From an uncultured Actinomycetota bacterium (GTDB lineage: Bacteria > Actinomycetota > Actinomycetes > Propionibacteriales > Propionibacteriaceae): a stretch of 32,000 nucleotides of DNA. The stretch covers positions 834,943 through 866,942 of the forward strand of contig CAWFJC010000010.1 of assembly GCA_963815975.1 (NCBI GenBank), in the 5' to 3' direction. Below, piece after piece: positions 7,855-15,133 of this stretch. The number at the start of each line of letters is the position of its first letter. Position 1 is the first letter of the stretch. The notes below the pieces were generated by a model. That model was given only the letters and a program-made list of their open reading frames with translations. It did no database searches and was not told where the DNA came from. The position numbers and the translations under genes were made by a program.

Positions 7855-9105
7855 GTGCGACGGTTGGCTGCGGTGGCCGTGTTGCTGGCGCTGTTCGGCT
7901 GCTCCGCCTCAGCTGTCGAGCCTGTTCCTACGCCACCAGCTGCGGGATCTGCGGCGCCCAATAATTCCCGCCTTGGCCTGACGAGGGCAACCGTTGATGC
8001 CCTGGTCAAAACGGCTCGTGCCGGCGACCGCGCTGGCTTCTATCGGCTGGTCAGTGATCAAGATCCGGCCTTTCATGATCGCGCCAGGCTGCTCTACGAC
8101 AACTTGAGCACCTTGCCCTTGACCAGGCTTCAGATACGTCTGGAACCGACAGAGTTCGCGCTCACCGATGCTCGGCAGAAGGTCCTCGGTCCGGGCGCTT
8201 GGGCTCAGCGCGGGCTGGTGACGTGGCGGCTTCCCGGTGATGGCACAGAGGTTGAGCACCTGATCTGGTTGACCTTTCTCGGGGCCGGCGGCGAGGTCAA
8301 GCTCGCCGGCACGAACGATGCACCATCCGGCACTGACGGCAACGACCAGCAGCCGAGCTGGTGGCTAGGCCCGCTCTCGGCCCGCGAGCGCGGCGGGGTC
8401 ACCGTACTGGCTGGCTCGGGCCAGTCCCTTGATCGCTGGACGAACCTCGCCGCGGCTGCGCTCGGCAACGTGCGAGAGCAACTGCCGGCCGGTCTCGGAA
8501 TCCCGTGGAACGGCAGCGTTGTCATCGAGGTGCCCGCGACACAGCGCGATTTCGAGTCTGTGCTGGGCAAGCCGGCAGGTAATTACACCTCTATTGCCGC
8601 CGTGACGCACCACGCGGGCGCCGGGGGCGCGGGGATCCGGATTGTGGCCAACCCGAAGGCGGCACAGCTCACCTCGGGCGCATTGCAGGCGGTGCTGGAG
8701 CACGAGATGGTTCATGTGGCCACCCGGTCACTCGACTCGCCTGCGCCGATCTGGGCGGAGGAAGGGCTCGCCGAGTGGGTGGCGTTACGAGCGCATCCGG
8801 GCCAGCGAAGCGAGGGTACTGACGCGGTGCTGATCGGAGTGCGCAGCGACGGGGCACCCTCCTCTTTCCCCGCTGACCGAGAATTCCGGGCCGGTGCCCG
8901 CAATCTCCACTTGGCTTACGCCGAAGCCTGGCTCGCGTGCCGCTTTATCGCTGACCAGTATTCCGAAGCTCAGCTAGCCCGTTTCTACGCCCAACTCGAC
9001 GACGGACGGACCCTGGACGACGCGAGCCGAGCCACCCTCGGACTCAGTGGTAGCGCGCTGACCACCCAATGGCGGGAGTATCTCGATCAGCTCGCGCGCT
9101 ATTGA
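7855..9105 (+). CDS. Lipoprotein with a peptidase-MA-like (HExxH) domain
   Basis: GTG 7855 follows AGGA at 7845-7848 (GTG 7828 is an alternative start). The signal peptide with lipobox is RRLAAVAVLLALFGC. Zinc-peptidase motifs are LEHEMVHV and, downstream, EEGLAEW, as in Peptidase_MA_2. The ORF track merges this gene with the upstream gene as ORF 6472..9105. Confidence 0.75.
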   Translation: MRRLAAVAVLLALFGCSASAVEPVPTPPAAGSAAPNNSRLGLTRATVDALVKTARAGDRAGFYRLVSDQDPAFHDRARLLYDNLSTLPLTRLQIRLEPTEFALTDARQKVLGPGAWAQRGLVTWRLPGDGTEVEHLIWLTFLGAGGEVKLAGTNDAPSGTDGNDQQPSWWLGPLSARERGGVTVLAGSGQSLDRWTNLAAAALGNVREQLPAGLGIPWNGSVVIEVPATQRDFESVLGKPAGNYTSIAAVTHHAGAGGAGIRIVANPKAAQLTSGALQAVLEHEMVHVATRSLDSPAPIWAEEGLAEWVALRAHPGQRSEGTDAVLIGVRSDGAPSSFPADREFRAGARNLHLAYAEAWLACRFIADQYSEAQLARFYAQLDDGRTLDDASRATLGLSGSALTTQWREYLDQLARY

Positions 9106-9108
9106 CTT

Positions 9109-10221
9109 ATGCCTTCGACCTTGATCATTACGAATGACTTCCCACCACGAATCGGTGGCATCGAGTCATTCGTGAGCGAGGTTTGCACGCTTCTTGATCA
9201 TGATGTCGTGGTGTACGCATCGGGGTCTGCCGGGGCGGCGGCCTCAGACCTTGACCGCCCCTTTCGGGTCATCCGCGACGGGCCGTTGCTGCTGCCGACG
9301 CCACGTGTCGCGGCTCGAGCCGTTGCCCTGCTCCGGGCCTCCGGTGCGACACGGGTGATCTTCGGTGCCGCGGCGCCCCTTGGTCTGCTGGCTCCGTCAC
9401 TGCGTCGCGCCGGCGCCCGCCAGATTCTTGGTCTCACGCACGGCCACGAGACCTGGTGGGCAATGCTGCCAGCAGCACGCCAGCTGCTCCACCAGATCGG
9501 TGACAGCTGTGATCACCTTACGGTCATCTCGGCCTATACCGAACGTCGCATCGGTGGCGCTCTCAGCCCGGCCGCCCGGCGCCTGCTGTTGCGGCTAGCA
9601 CCGCCCGTTGACATCGAGCGTTTTAGACCGTCGCAGCGAGCCGACGGTCGAGTGGGTGCTCGCTGCATCAGCGTCGCTCGGCTGATTCCACAGAAGGGGA
9701 TGACGACACTATTGCGGGCCTGGCGAACCGTGATCGATCGGGCAAGGCGCAGCGGAGCTGCCCGCGAGCTGATCATCGTTGGCGATGGCCCGCTACGGAG
9801 CCGGCTCGAGCGCGGCGTACACAAGCTCCGGCTGTCAGGTTCGGTACGGATCGTCGGGGCGGTGCCACGCGCTGAGGTGATCACTCACCTGCAGCGGGCC
9901 GACGTCTTTGCCCTTCCAGTGCGCACCCGCCTGGCGGGGCTCAATCCTGAGGGGCTATGCCTTGCTGCACTCGAGGCAGCGGCTTGTGGATTGCCGGTGA
10001 TCATTGGTGACTCCGGCGGTGCACCCGAGACGATCCGCGATGGCGAAACTGGCTTCCTCGTTCCCTCACATGATCATCGGCTGTTGGCGGCGCGAATCGA
10101 TCAACTTCTGGACGATCCGGCCCTGGCGCGGGACATGGGCAAGCGGGGCCGCGGTCATGTGTCGCAACATTTCGGCAGCGACGTGGCTCGAGCGACGCTG
10201 CGCTTCGCGCTTGAGCTCTGA
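9109..10221 (+). CDS. GT4-family glycosyltransferase, PimB-like mannosyltransferase by synteny
   Basis: The N-terminus LIITNDFPPRIGGIESF and the E-x7-E region EGLCLAALEAAACGLPVIIGDSGGAPETIRDGETGFLV are present. Its position after NlpC/P60 matches my recollection of Rv2188c. Confidence 0.85.
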   Translation: MPSTLIITNDFPPRIGGIESFVSEVCTLLDHDVVVYASGSAGAAASDLDRPFRVIRDGPLLLPTPRVAARAVALLRASGATRVIFGAAAPLGLLAPSLRRAGARQILGLTHGHETWWAMLPAARQLLHQIGDSCDHLTVISAYTERRIGGALSPAARRLLLRLAPPVDIERFRPSQRADGRVGARCISVARLIPQKGMTTLLRAWRTVIDRARRSGAARELIIVGDGPLRSRLERGVHKLRLSGSVRIVGAVPRAEVITHLQRADVFALPVRTRLAGLNPEGLCLAALEAAACGLPVIIGDSGGAPETIRDGETGFLVPSHDHRLLAARIDQLLDDPALARDMGKRGRGHVSQHFGSDVARATLRFALEL

Positions 10222-10250
10222 CCTCCCGCCGCGCGCGTACGCTAAGGCTT

Positions 10251-10676
10251 GTGGCGGATCAGACGAGCGCCAGCATCAACATCGCGGCAAAGCCCGATGA
10301 GGTGATGGCGGTCATCGCCGACTTCGATCATTACCCGATATGGGTCGACTCGATGAAGAGCGCTGAGGTGCTCACTTCTGCAGCCGGGAAGCCGAAGACT
10401 GTCCGAATGGTCCTTGATCACACCTTGGTCAAGGACGACTATGTCTTGGCCTATGACTGGAAGCCGCGCGCGGTGAGCTGGACTCTCATCGAGGGCAACC
10501 TGCTGAAAGCCATGAACGGTTCGTACGTGCTGAAGCCCAACGGCGCCGGGACCATGGTGACCTACACGTTGACCGTCGACATCAATATGCCCATGATCTC
10601 GATGTTCAAGCGCAGGGCGGAGAAGACGATCATCGACAGTGCGCTCAAGGGCCTCAAGAATAGGGTCGAAGGCTGA
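10251..10676 (+). CDS. SRPBCC (polyketide cyclase/dehydrase-like) family protein
   Basis: 141 aa. The pattern SASINIAAKPDEVMAVIADFDHYPIWV...GSYVLKPNGAGTMVTYTL is typical of SRPBCC/START-like proteins. Syntenic with Rv2185c-type genes. GTG start. Confidence 0.75.
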   Translation: MADQTSASINIAAKPDEVMAVIADFDHYPIWVDSMKSAEVLTSAAGKPKTVRMVLDHTLVKDDYVLAYDWKPRAVSWTLIEGNLLKAMNGSYVLKPNGAGTMVTYTLTVDINMPMISMFKRRAEKTIIDSALKGLKNRVEG

Positions 10677-10705
10677 CCGCCCAAGGGACGACGACCCGTC
10701 GGAGC

Positions 10706-11782
10706 ATGGCCCGGATGACGGCGCCGCCGCCGCTGGCCATCGGTGTCGATATTGGCGGCACCAAGGTGGCGGCAGGCGTAGTCGACGAGGACGGCCGCAT
10801 CCTCGATCGCTGGCAGGAGCCGACGCCATCACATAGCCCGCAAGCTGCCGAGGATGCAATCGTGCGGGCCGTCCAGCAACTGCGTCAGCGGCATCAGGTC
10901 GAGGCGGTAGGCATTGGCGCCGCGGGCTGGGTGGACAACGACCAAGCGGTGGTTCGGTTCTCCCCGCATCTTGCCTGGCGATCCGAACCCCTCAAGGCAC
11001 GGCTCAGCGGGCGCATCGAGCTGCCACTGATCGTCGACAATGACGCGAACGCCGCCGCCTGGGCGGAATACCGCTATGGGGCAGGTCGTGGCTCTTCGGT
11101 GATGGTCTGCATCACGTTGGGTACCGGCATCGGTGGCGGTCTGGTGATTGGTGGCAGGCTTTTTCGCGGGTCGTACGGCATGGCCGGGGAATGGGGCCAC
11201 ATGATCTCGGTGCCGCACGGTCACTGGTGCGAGTGTGGGAACCGCGGCTGCTGGGAGCAATATGCGTCAGGGAATGCCCTGGCTCGCGACGCTCAGGCGC
11301 TCGCCCGCACCAATTCACCGACTGCTCAGCGGATCTTGGAGATCGTGGGCGGCGATCCGGACAAGATCACCGGGGAGGATGTGACTGCCGCGGCGATTCA
11401 CGGCGAGCCCACCTCCGTGGAGCTACTGGCTGATGTCGGGACCTGGCTTGGTCGAGGGATCGCGGATATCGCGGCAGCACTGGATCCAGAAGTTGTCGTG
11501 ATCGGTGGGGGAGTGAGCGCTGCGGGCGATCTTTTACTGTCGCCTGCCCAGCGGGCTTTCAGCCATACGTTGACCGGCCGCGGCTTTCGCGAGGAGGCCA
11601 GGCTGGTGCTCGCCCACTTTCGCAACGACGCGGGATTGATTGGTGCGGCCGATCTCGCACGGCACGCCATGATCGAGCCGCCCGAGTCGGCGCAGTTCGG
11701 CTTCTGGCCTCGGCGCCGCAAGCGGCGGACGAGGAAACCACGGCAACGCAGGGCGGAGCTAAAGCACCGCTCCATCACCTGA
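10706..11782 (+). CDS. glk: ROK-family glucokinase with an Arg/Lys-rich C-terminal extension
   Basis: ATP-binding motif IGVDIGGTKV. ROK zinc motif HWCECGNRGCWEQYASG. DNDANAAAWAE is also present. ATG 10715 is an alternative start. The tail RRRKRRTRKPRQRR extends beyond the usual end of the domain. Confidence 0.9.
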   Translation: MARMTAPPPLAIGVDIGGTKVAAGVVDEDGRILDRWQEPTPSHSPQAAEDAIVRAVQQLRQRHQVEAVGIGAAGWVDNDQAVVRFSPHLAWRSEPLKARLSGRIELPLIVDNDANAAAWAEYRYGAGRGSSVMVCITLGTGIGGGLVIGGRLFRGSYGMAGEWGHMISVPHGHWCECGNRGCWEQYASGNALARDAQALARTNSPTAQRILEIVGGDPDKITGEDVTAAAIHGEPTSVELLADVGTWLGRGIADIAAALDPEVVVIGGGVSAAGDLLLSPAQRAFSHTLTGRGFREEARLVLAHFRNDAGLIGAADLARHAMIEPPESAQFGFWPRRRKRRTRKPRQRRAELKHRSIT

Positions 11783-12256
11783 GCCAGGCGGTCGCTCCCG
11801 GGGGAGCCGGGTCATCAAGATGCCAAATCCGCCGACAAAGCTGCCGACGGCGATCCAGCCGGCCCAGACGGGAAAGCGCAAGCCGAAGGTCGCTGCCAGG
11901 ACGATGATGATCGCGTAGCCAATGCCCAACCAGCCGAGAAGGGCCGGTATGCCAGGCCGCTGGATAGGCGGCAGCGGCTCCGGTACGAAGTGTTCCTCGG
12001 TTGGCTCTTCGTTGCGGGACGGCGCAGCGTCCGCCGGCCGATCGGGGAAGCCGAAGAGGGGGTGATCAGCGGCCCACCTCGTTGCGCCGTCGGCGGCATC
12101 CGGCGCGGAGGAAGTGAGGCCGTCGGCGAGTGCGGCGGTCTCATCGGAGGTCTCTGTGCCCGGACCGGGCTGATCCGCGGTCAGATGGTAGCCAGCGACC
12201 AACTCGGCAAAAGCGCGATCGATCGCGTCCCGGTCATCCTCACTCGGCAGTGCCAT
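11759..12256 (-). CDS. Hypothetical membrane protein (acidic N-terminal region, two C-terminal TM helices)
   Basis: 165-aa ORF with high GC3. C-terminal hydrophobic segments are IPALLGWLGIGYAIIIVLAATFG and WAGWIAVGSFVGGFGILM. It overlaps the upstream hydrolase stop by 17 nt, which suggests an operon. Confidence 0.6.
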   Translation of the reverse strand: MALPSEDDRDAIDRAFAELVAGYHLTADQPGPGTETSDETAALADGLTSSAPDAADGATRWAADHPLFGFPDRPADAAPSRNEEPTEEHFVPEPLPPIQRPGIPALLGWLGIGYAIIIVLAATFGLRFPVWAGWIAVGSFVGGFGILMTRLPRERPPGSGDGAVL

Positions 12257-13085
12257 CGGCCTCCTTCGTGAGTCGGCGGAAGAACCCGAGGCTTCCCTCG
12301 AAGATCTGCTCCGCTTCGTAGTCGAGGGTGGCTACATGGTAACTACGCCGCAACTCGACGTAGGTCTGATCCTCGGATCTCACGCCGGCCTTGATCAAGT
12401 TCACCGAGGAGCCATCGACTACATGATCGTGAAGTGACCGATAGATCAGGAGCGGCTGATCCACGCGATTGAGGTTGCGGCGTATGTCGGCCCAGAGGAA
12501 GGTCTGAGAGTAGAGCGCCGGCAGCGGCAGTCTGTCGTAGCCGCACTCGTCCTGACCGGGCTTGGCAATGTCATTCACGATGCCTGCCAGTGACGGCACC
12601 GCTAGCCTCAAGATCGGCAACACGCGCATCCGCGGATCGCTGATGTTGATCACTGGATTGACCAGCGCCAGGCCGGAGACCAGATGGCCGTGCCGTTCGG
12701 CCAGCCGGAGCGCCAGCCCTCCGCCCATCGACAAGCCAGCGATGAACACCTGATCACAGTGGGCGTGGAGAGCCGCGAAGGCGTCATCGACGCAGGCGTA
12801 CCAATCCATCCACGCCGTCTCATTGAGCTCCTGCCAGCTGGTGCCGTGGCCGGGCAGCCGAGGTAGCAGTACGCGGAGCCCGGCGGCCTCGAGATGCTTT
12901 GCCCAACCGATCATCGACTTTGGAGAGCCGGTGAAGCCGTGGCAAAGCAGGACGCCCGTGGGACCATCGCCGCCCGCGTACGGTTGCGCCTCTGGCTGCA
13001 CGACCGCGGCAACGGGCGGTGAGTGCGTGACACGTTTCAGCCGGCCGCTGGCCGAGCCGGACGGGGGCGCCGCGAGGGAGACCAC
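12240..13085 (-). CDS. Alpha/beta hydrolase (esterase/lysophospholipase-like)
   Basis: Oxyanion region GVLLCHGFTGSP. Nucleophile elbow GLSMGG. Late His in SYHVATLD. The exact start is uncertain. Confidence 0.8.
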   Translation of the reverse strand: MVSLAAPPSGSASGRLKRVTHSPPVAAVVQPEAQPYAGGDGPTGVLLCHGFTGSPKSMIGWAKHLEAAGLRVLLPRLPGHGTSWQELNETAWMDWYACVDDAFAALHAHCDQVFIAGLSMGGGLALRLAERHGHLVSGLALVNPVINISDPRMRVLPILRLAVPSLAGIVNDIAKPGQDECGYDRLPLPALYSQTFLWADIRRNLNRVDQPLLIYRSLHDHVVDGSSVNLIKAGVRSEDQTYVELRRSYHVATLDYEAEQIFEGSLGFFRRLTKEADGTAE

Positions 13086-13332
13086 GACTGAAGCGTGGCA
13101 CGTTGTCCCAGCACCACGAAAGCTAGTGTCGTGGAATCCAGGTTCCTTTGCGCTTGGCGTCGTTCAGGTGCGTGCATCGCAATGCCGACGAGGGAGGGAT
13201 ACCGGGTCGTATGTCGACTGAGGAGAACGCCGCGAGGTGCGTGCCTGGGTGGCGCGAAGCGTAAAGAGACTTGGGTCCCAGGGCACTAGATCCAGATCCT
13301 CTGAGCCGCCGCTAGTGTTATTTCGCCCTACG

Positions 13333-14166
13333 ATGGGGTCGAAGCGGAGGTCGGTCTTGCTCTATTGGGTCTTCAAGTATGTGGCGTTCGCGCCACTGTG
13401 CAGGTTGCTCTTCAGACCCTCGGTGAGCGGAGCTGAGAACATTCCGACCTCAGGTGCGGCAATCCTGGTCAGCAACCACATCTCCGCAGGCGACACCTTC
13501 CTGTTGCCATCAATGATCAGGCGGCGCGTCACCTTTCCGGCCAAGATCGAACTGTTTCACGGCCGAGGCCTCAAGGGCAGGCTTCTGAGTTGGTTCCTCA
13601 CCATGGTCGGTCAACGCCCGATGGATCGCTCGGGTGGCCGGGCCAGCGCCAGCGGCATGGAAAACGTGCTCGAGGTCTTGCGTAAAGGGCATCTGCTGGG
13701 CATTTATCCCGAAGGCACACGGTCCCCGGACGGCCGCCTGTACAAGGGCAAAACCGGCGTCGCACGGCTCGTATTGCAGGCCGGCGTACCGGTCATTCCG
13801 GTTGCCATGATCAACACTCAGCTCGTCCCGTCGCGCTTCTTCAGCATACCCACGATGCGCCGACCCAAGATCAGGATCGGTGCACCGATGGACTTCAGTC
13901 CCTACGCACGGGCCGGCAATGACCGCGACGTCTTGCGCTGGATCACCGACGAGATCATGAACGCCGTTATGGAGCTGTCCGGCCAGGAATACGTGGATGT
14001 GTATGGCAGCGTGGCGAAGGCTGCTCTTGAGGCGGGCAAGGCTCTCCCGGCAAGCGCCGGTCACCGTCCGGGTGCCGGACGGCCGGTGCCGCCCGTTCCT
14101 GTTCCGGTGCCCCGCCTCGAGGTTCCGCCCGTCTCGGAGCAATCCAATACGGACGTGAGCGCGTGA
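13333..14166 (+). CDS. 1-acyl-sn-glycerol-3-phosphate acyltransferase (PlsC family), Pro-rich C-terminus
   Basis: HX4D motif NHISAGD. Also YPEGTRSPDG and VPVIPVAM. ATG 13333 is preferred over the ORF-track start 13237. Confidence 0.85.
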   Translation: MGSKRRSVLLYWVFKYVAFAPLCRLLFRPSVSGAENIPTSGAAILVSNHISAGDTFLLPSMIRRRVTFPAKIELFHGRGLKGRLLSWFLTMVGQRPMDRSGGRASASGMENVLEVLRKGHLLGIYPEGTRSPDGRLYKGKTGVARLVLQAGVPVIPVAMINTQLVPSRFFSIPTMRRPKIRIGAPMDFSPYARAGNDRDVLRWITDEIMNAVMELSGQEYVDVYGSVAKAALEAGKALPASAGHRPGAGRPVPPVPVPVPRLEVPPVSEQSNTDVSA

Positions 14167-15002
14167 GTAAGGGTCCGGCCGTGGACCGCCCTCCCCAGCG
14201 TCAAGCTCTGAGCGATGACCTGGTTTCAGTCGATGCAGACGGAAGGGTCGCGATCGAGTCAGGCTCCGGTGCTGGCCGAGCTGTGTACTGGACCTTGAAG
14301 AACGTCTTGCTCGGCCCCGCGATTACCAAGATCTTTCGGCCGATCCACGAGGGCGCAGAGAACGTACCGGACAAAGGTGCGGCGATCATCGCCAGTAACC
14401 ATCTTTCCTTTGCTGACTGGTTGTTCACGCCGCTTGCGCTGGACCGTCGCATCACCTTCGTCGCAAAGTCGGACTACTTCACTCGGGCCGGCATCAAGGG
14501 CTGGGCCCAGAAGCGCTTCTTCGCCGGCACCGGGCAAGTACCGATCGATCGTTCGGGGGGCCGGGCAAGCGAGGGAGCTCTCCGAGCTGGGCTCAAAGTG
14601 CTGCAGCGGGGCGAGTTGTTCGGCATCTACCCCGAGGGCACGCGCAGCCACGACGGGCGACTCTACAAAGGACGGACTGGGGTCGCACGGCTGGCGCTGC
14701 TGTCTGGGGCGCCGGTCATTCCATCCGCAATCATTGGCACCGACATCATCGCCCCTCCAGGCAAGATCATTACCAAGATCGTCAGTCCCACGGTGAAGTT
14801 CGGCCAGGCCTTGGATTTCTCGCGTTATCAGGGTATGAGCGAAGATCGCTTTATCTTGCGGTCGATCACCGACGAGATCATGTACGCGATCATGGAGCTC
14901 TCCGGTCAGGAGTACGTGGACCTGTACGCGCCCGCCGCGAAAGAGGCGGCCGCGCGCGAAGCCAAAGCGCAAGAGATCGACGAAGTCTCCCCTCAGGCCT
15001 AG
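14163..15002 (+). CDS. 1-acyl-sn-glycerol-3-phosphate acyltransferase (PlsC family), tandem paralogue
   Basis: HX4D motif NHLSFAD. Also YPEGTRSHDG and APVIPSAI. The GTG start overlaps the previous stop (GTGA). Confidence 0.85.
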   Translation: MSKGPAVDRPPQRQALSDDLVSVDADGRVAIESGSGAGRAVYWTLKNVLLGPAITKIFRPIHEGAENVPDKGAAIIASNHLSFADWLFTPLALDRRITFVAKSDYFTRAGIKGWAQKRFFAGTGQVPIDRSGGRASEGALRAGLKVLQRGELFGIYPEGTRSHDGRLYKGRTGVARLALLSGAPVIPSAIIGTDIIAPPGKIITKIVSPTVKFGQALDFSRYQGMSEDRFILRSITDEIMYAIMELSGQEYVDLYAPAAKEAAAREAKAQEIDEVSPQA

Positions 15003-15133
15003 TGCATCGAATCCCTGAGGCGACGCGCGGCGTCGACACGCAAGGCCGAGAGGAGTCCATAGCGGTGTTCTATGGGCGACGACGAGAACGCAGCGGGGCG
15101 CCGCCTGGGCGGCGCATATGTCAGCGACCTCGA

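Noticed and set aside
6472-9105. 877-aa ORF taken at face value as a single giant NlpC/P60-lipoprotein fusion.
   Set aside because: Residues from about 375 to 460 (VRSATRRSGLLLQRHQPCGHLRRRRPRHP...) are Arg-rich out-of-frame translation. The true NlpC/P60 C-terminus is in another frame, and a separate lipoprotein signal peptide restarts at about 7855.
13270-13290. The 13-mer CCAGGGCACTAGA is shared between 13275-13290 and the terminator arm at 17623-17635.
   Set aside because: A 13-nt match is expected by chance several times in a 32-kb GC-biased window when both strands are considered.
15002-15133. GTG 15002 (overlapping the plsC stop) as the start of the RyR-domain protein, which would imply translational coupling.
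   Set aside because: The first 44 codons (HRIPEATRGVDTQGREESIAVFYGRRRERSG...) have a non-coding-like composition and precede the first TM segment by a long basic stretch. ATG 15134 is more plausible, though this is unproven.
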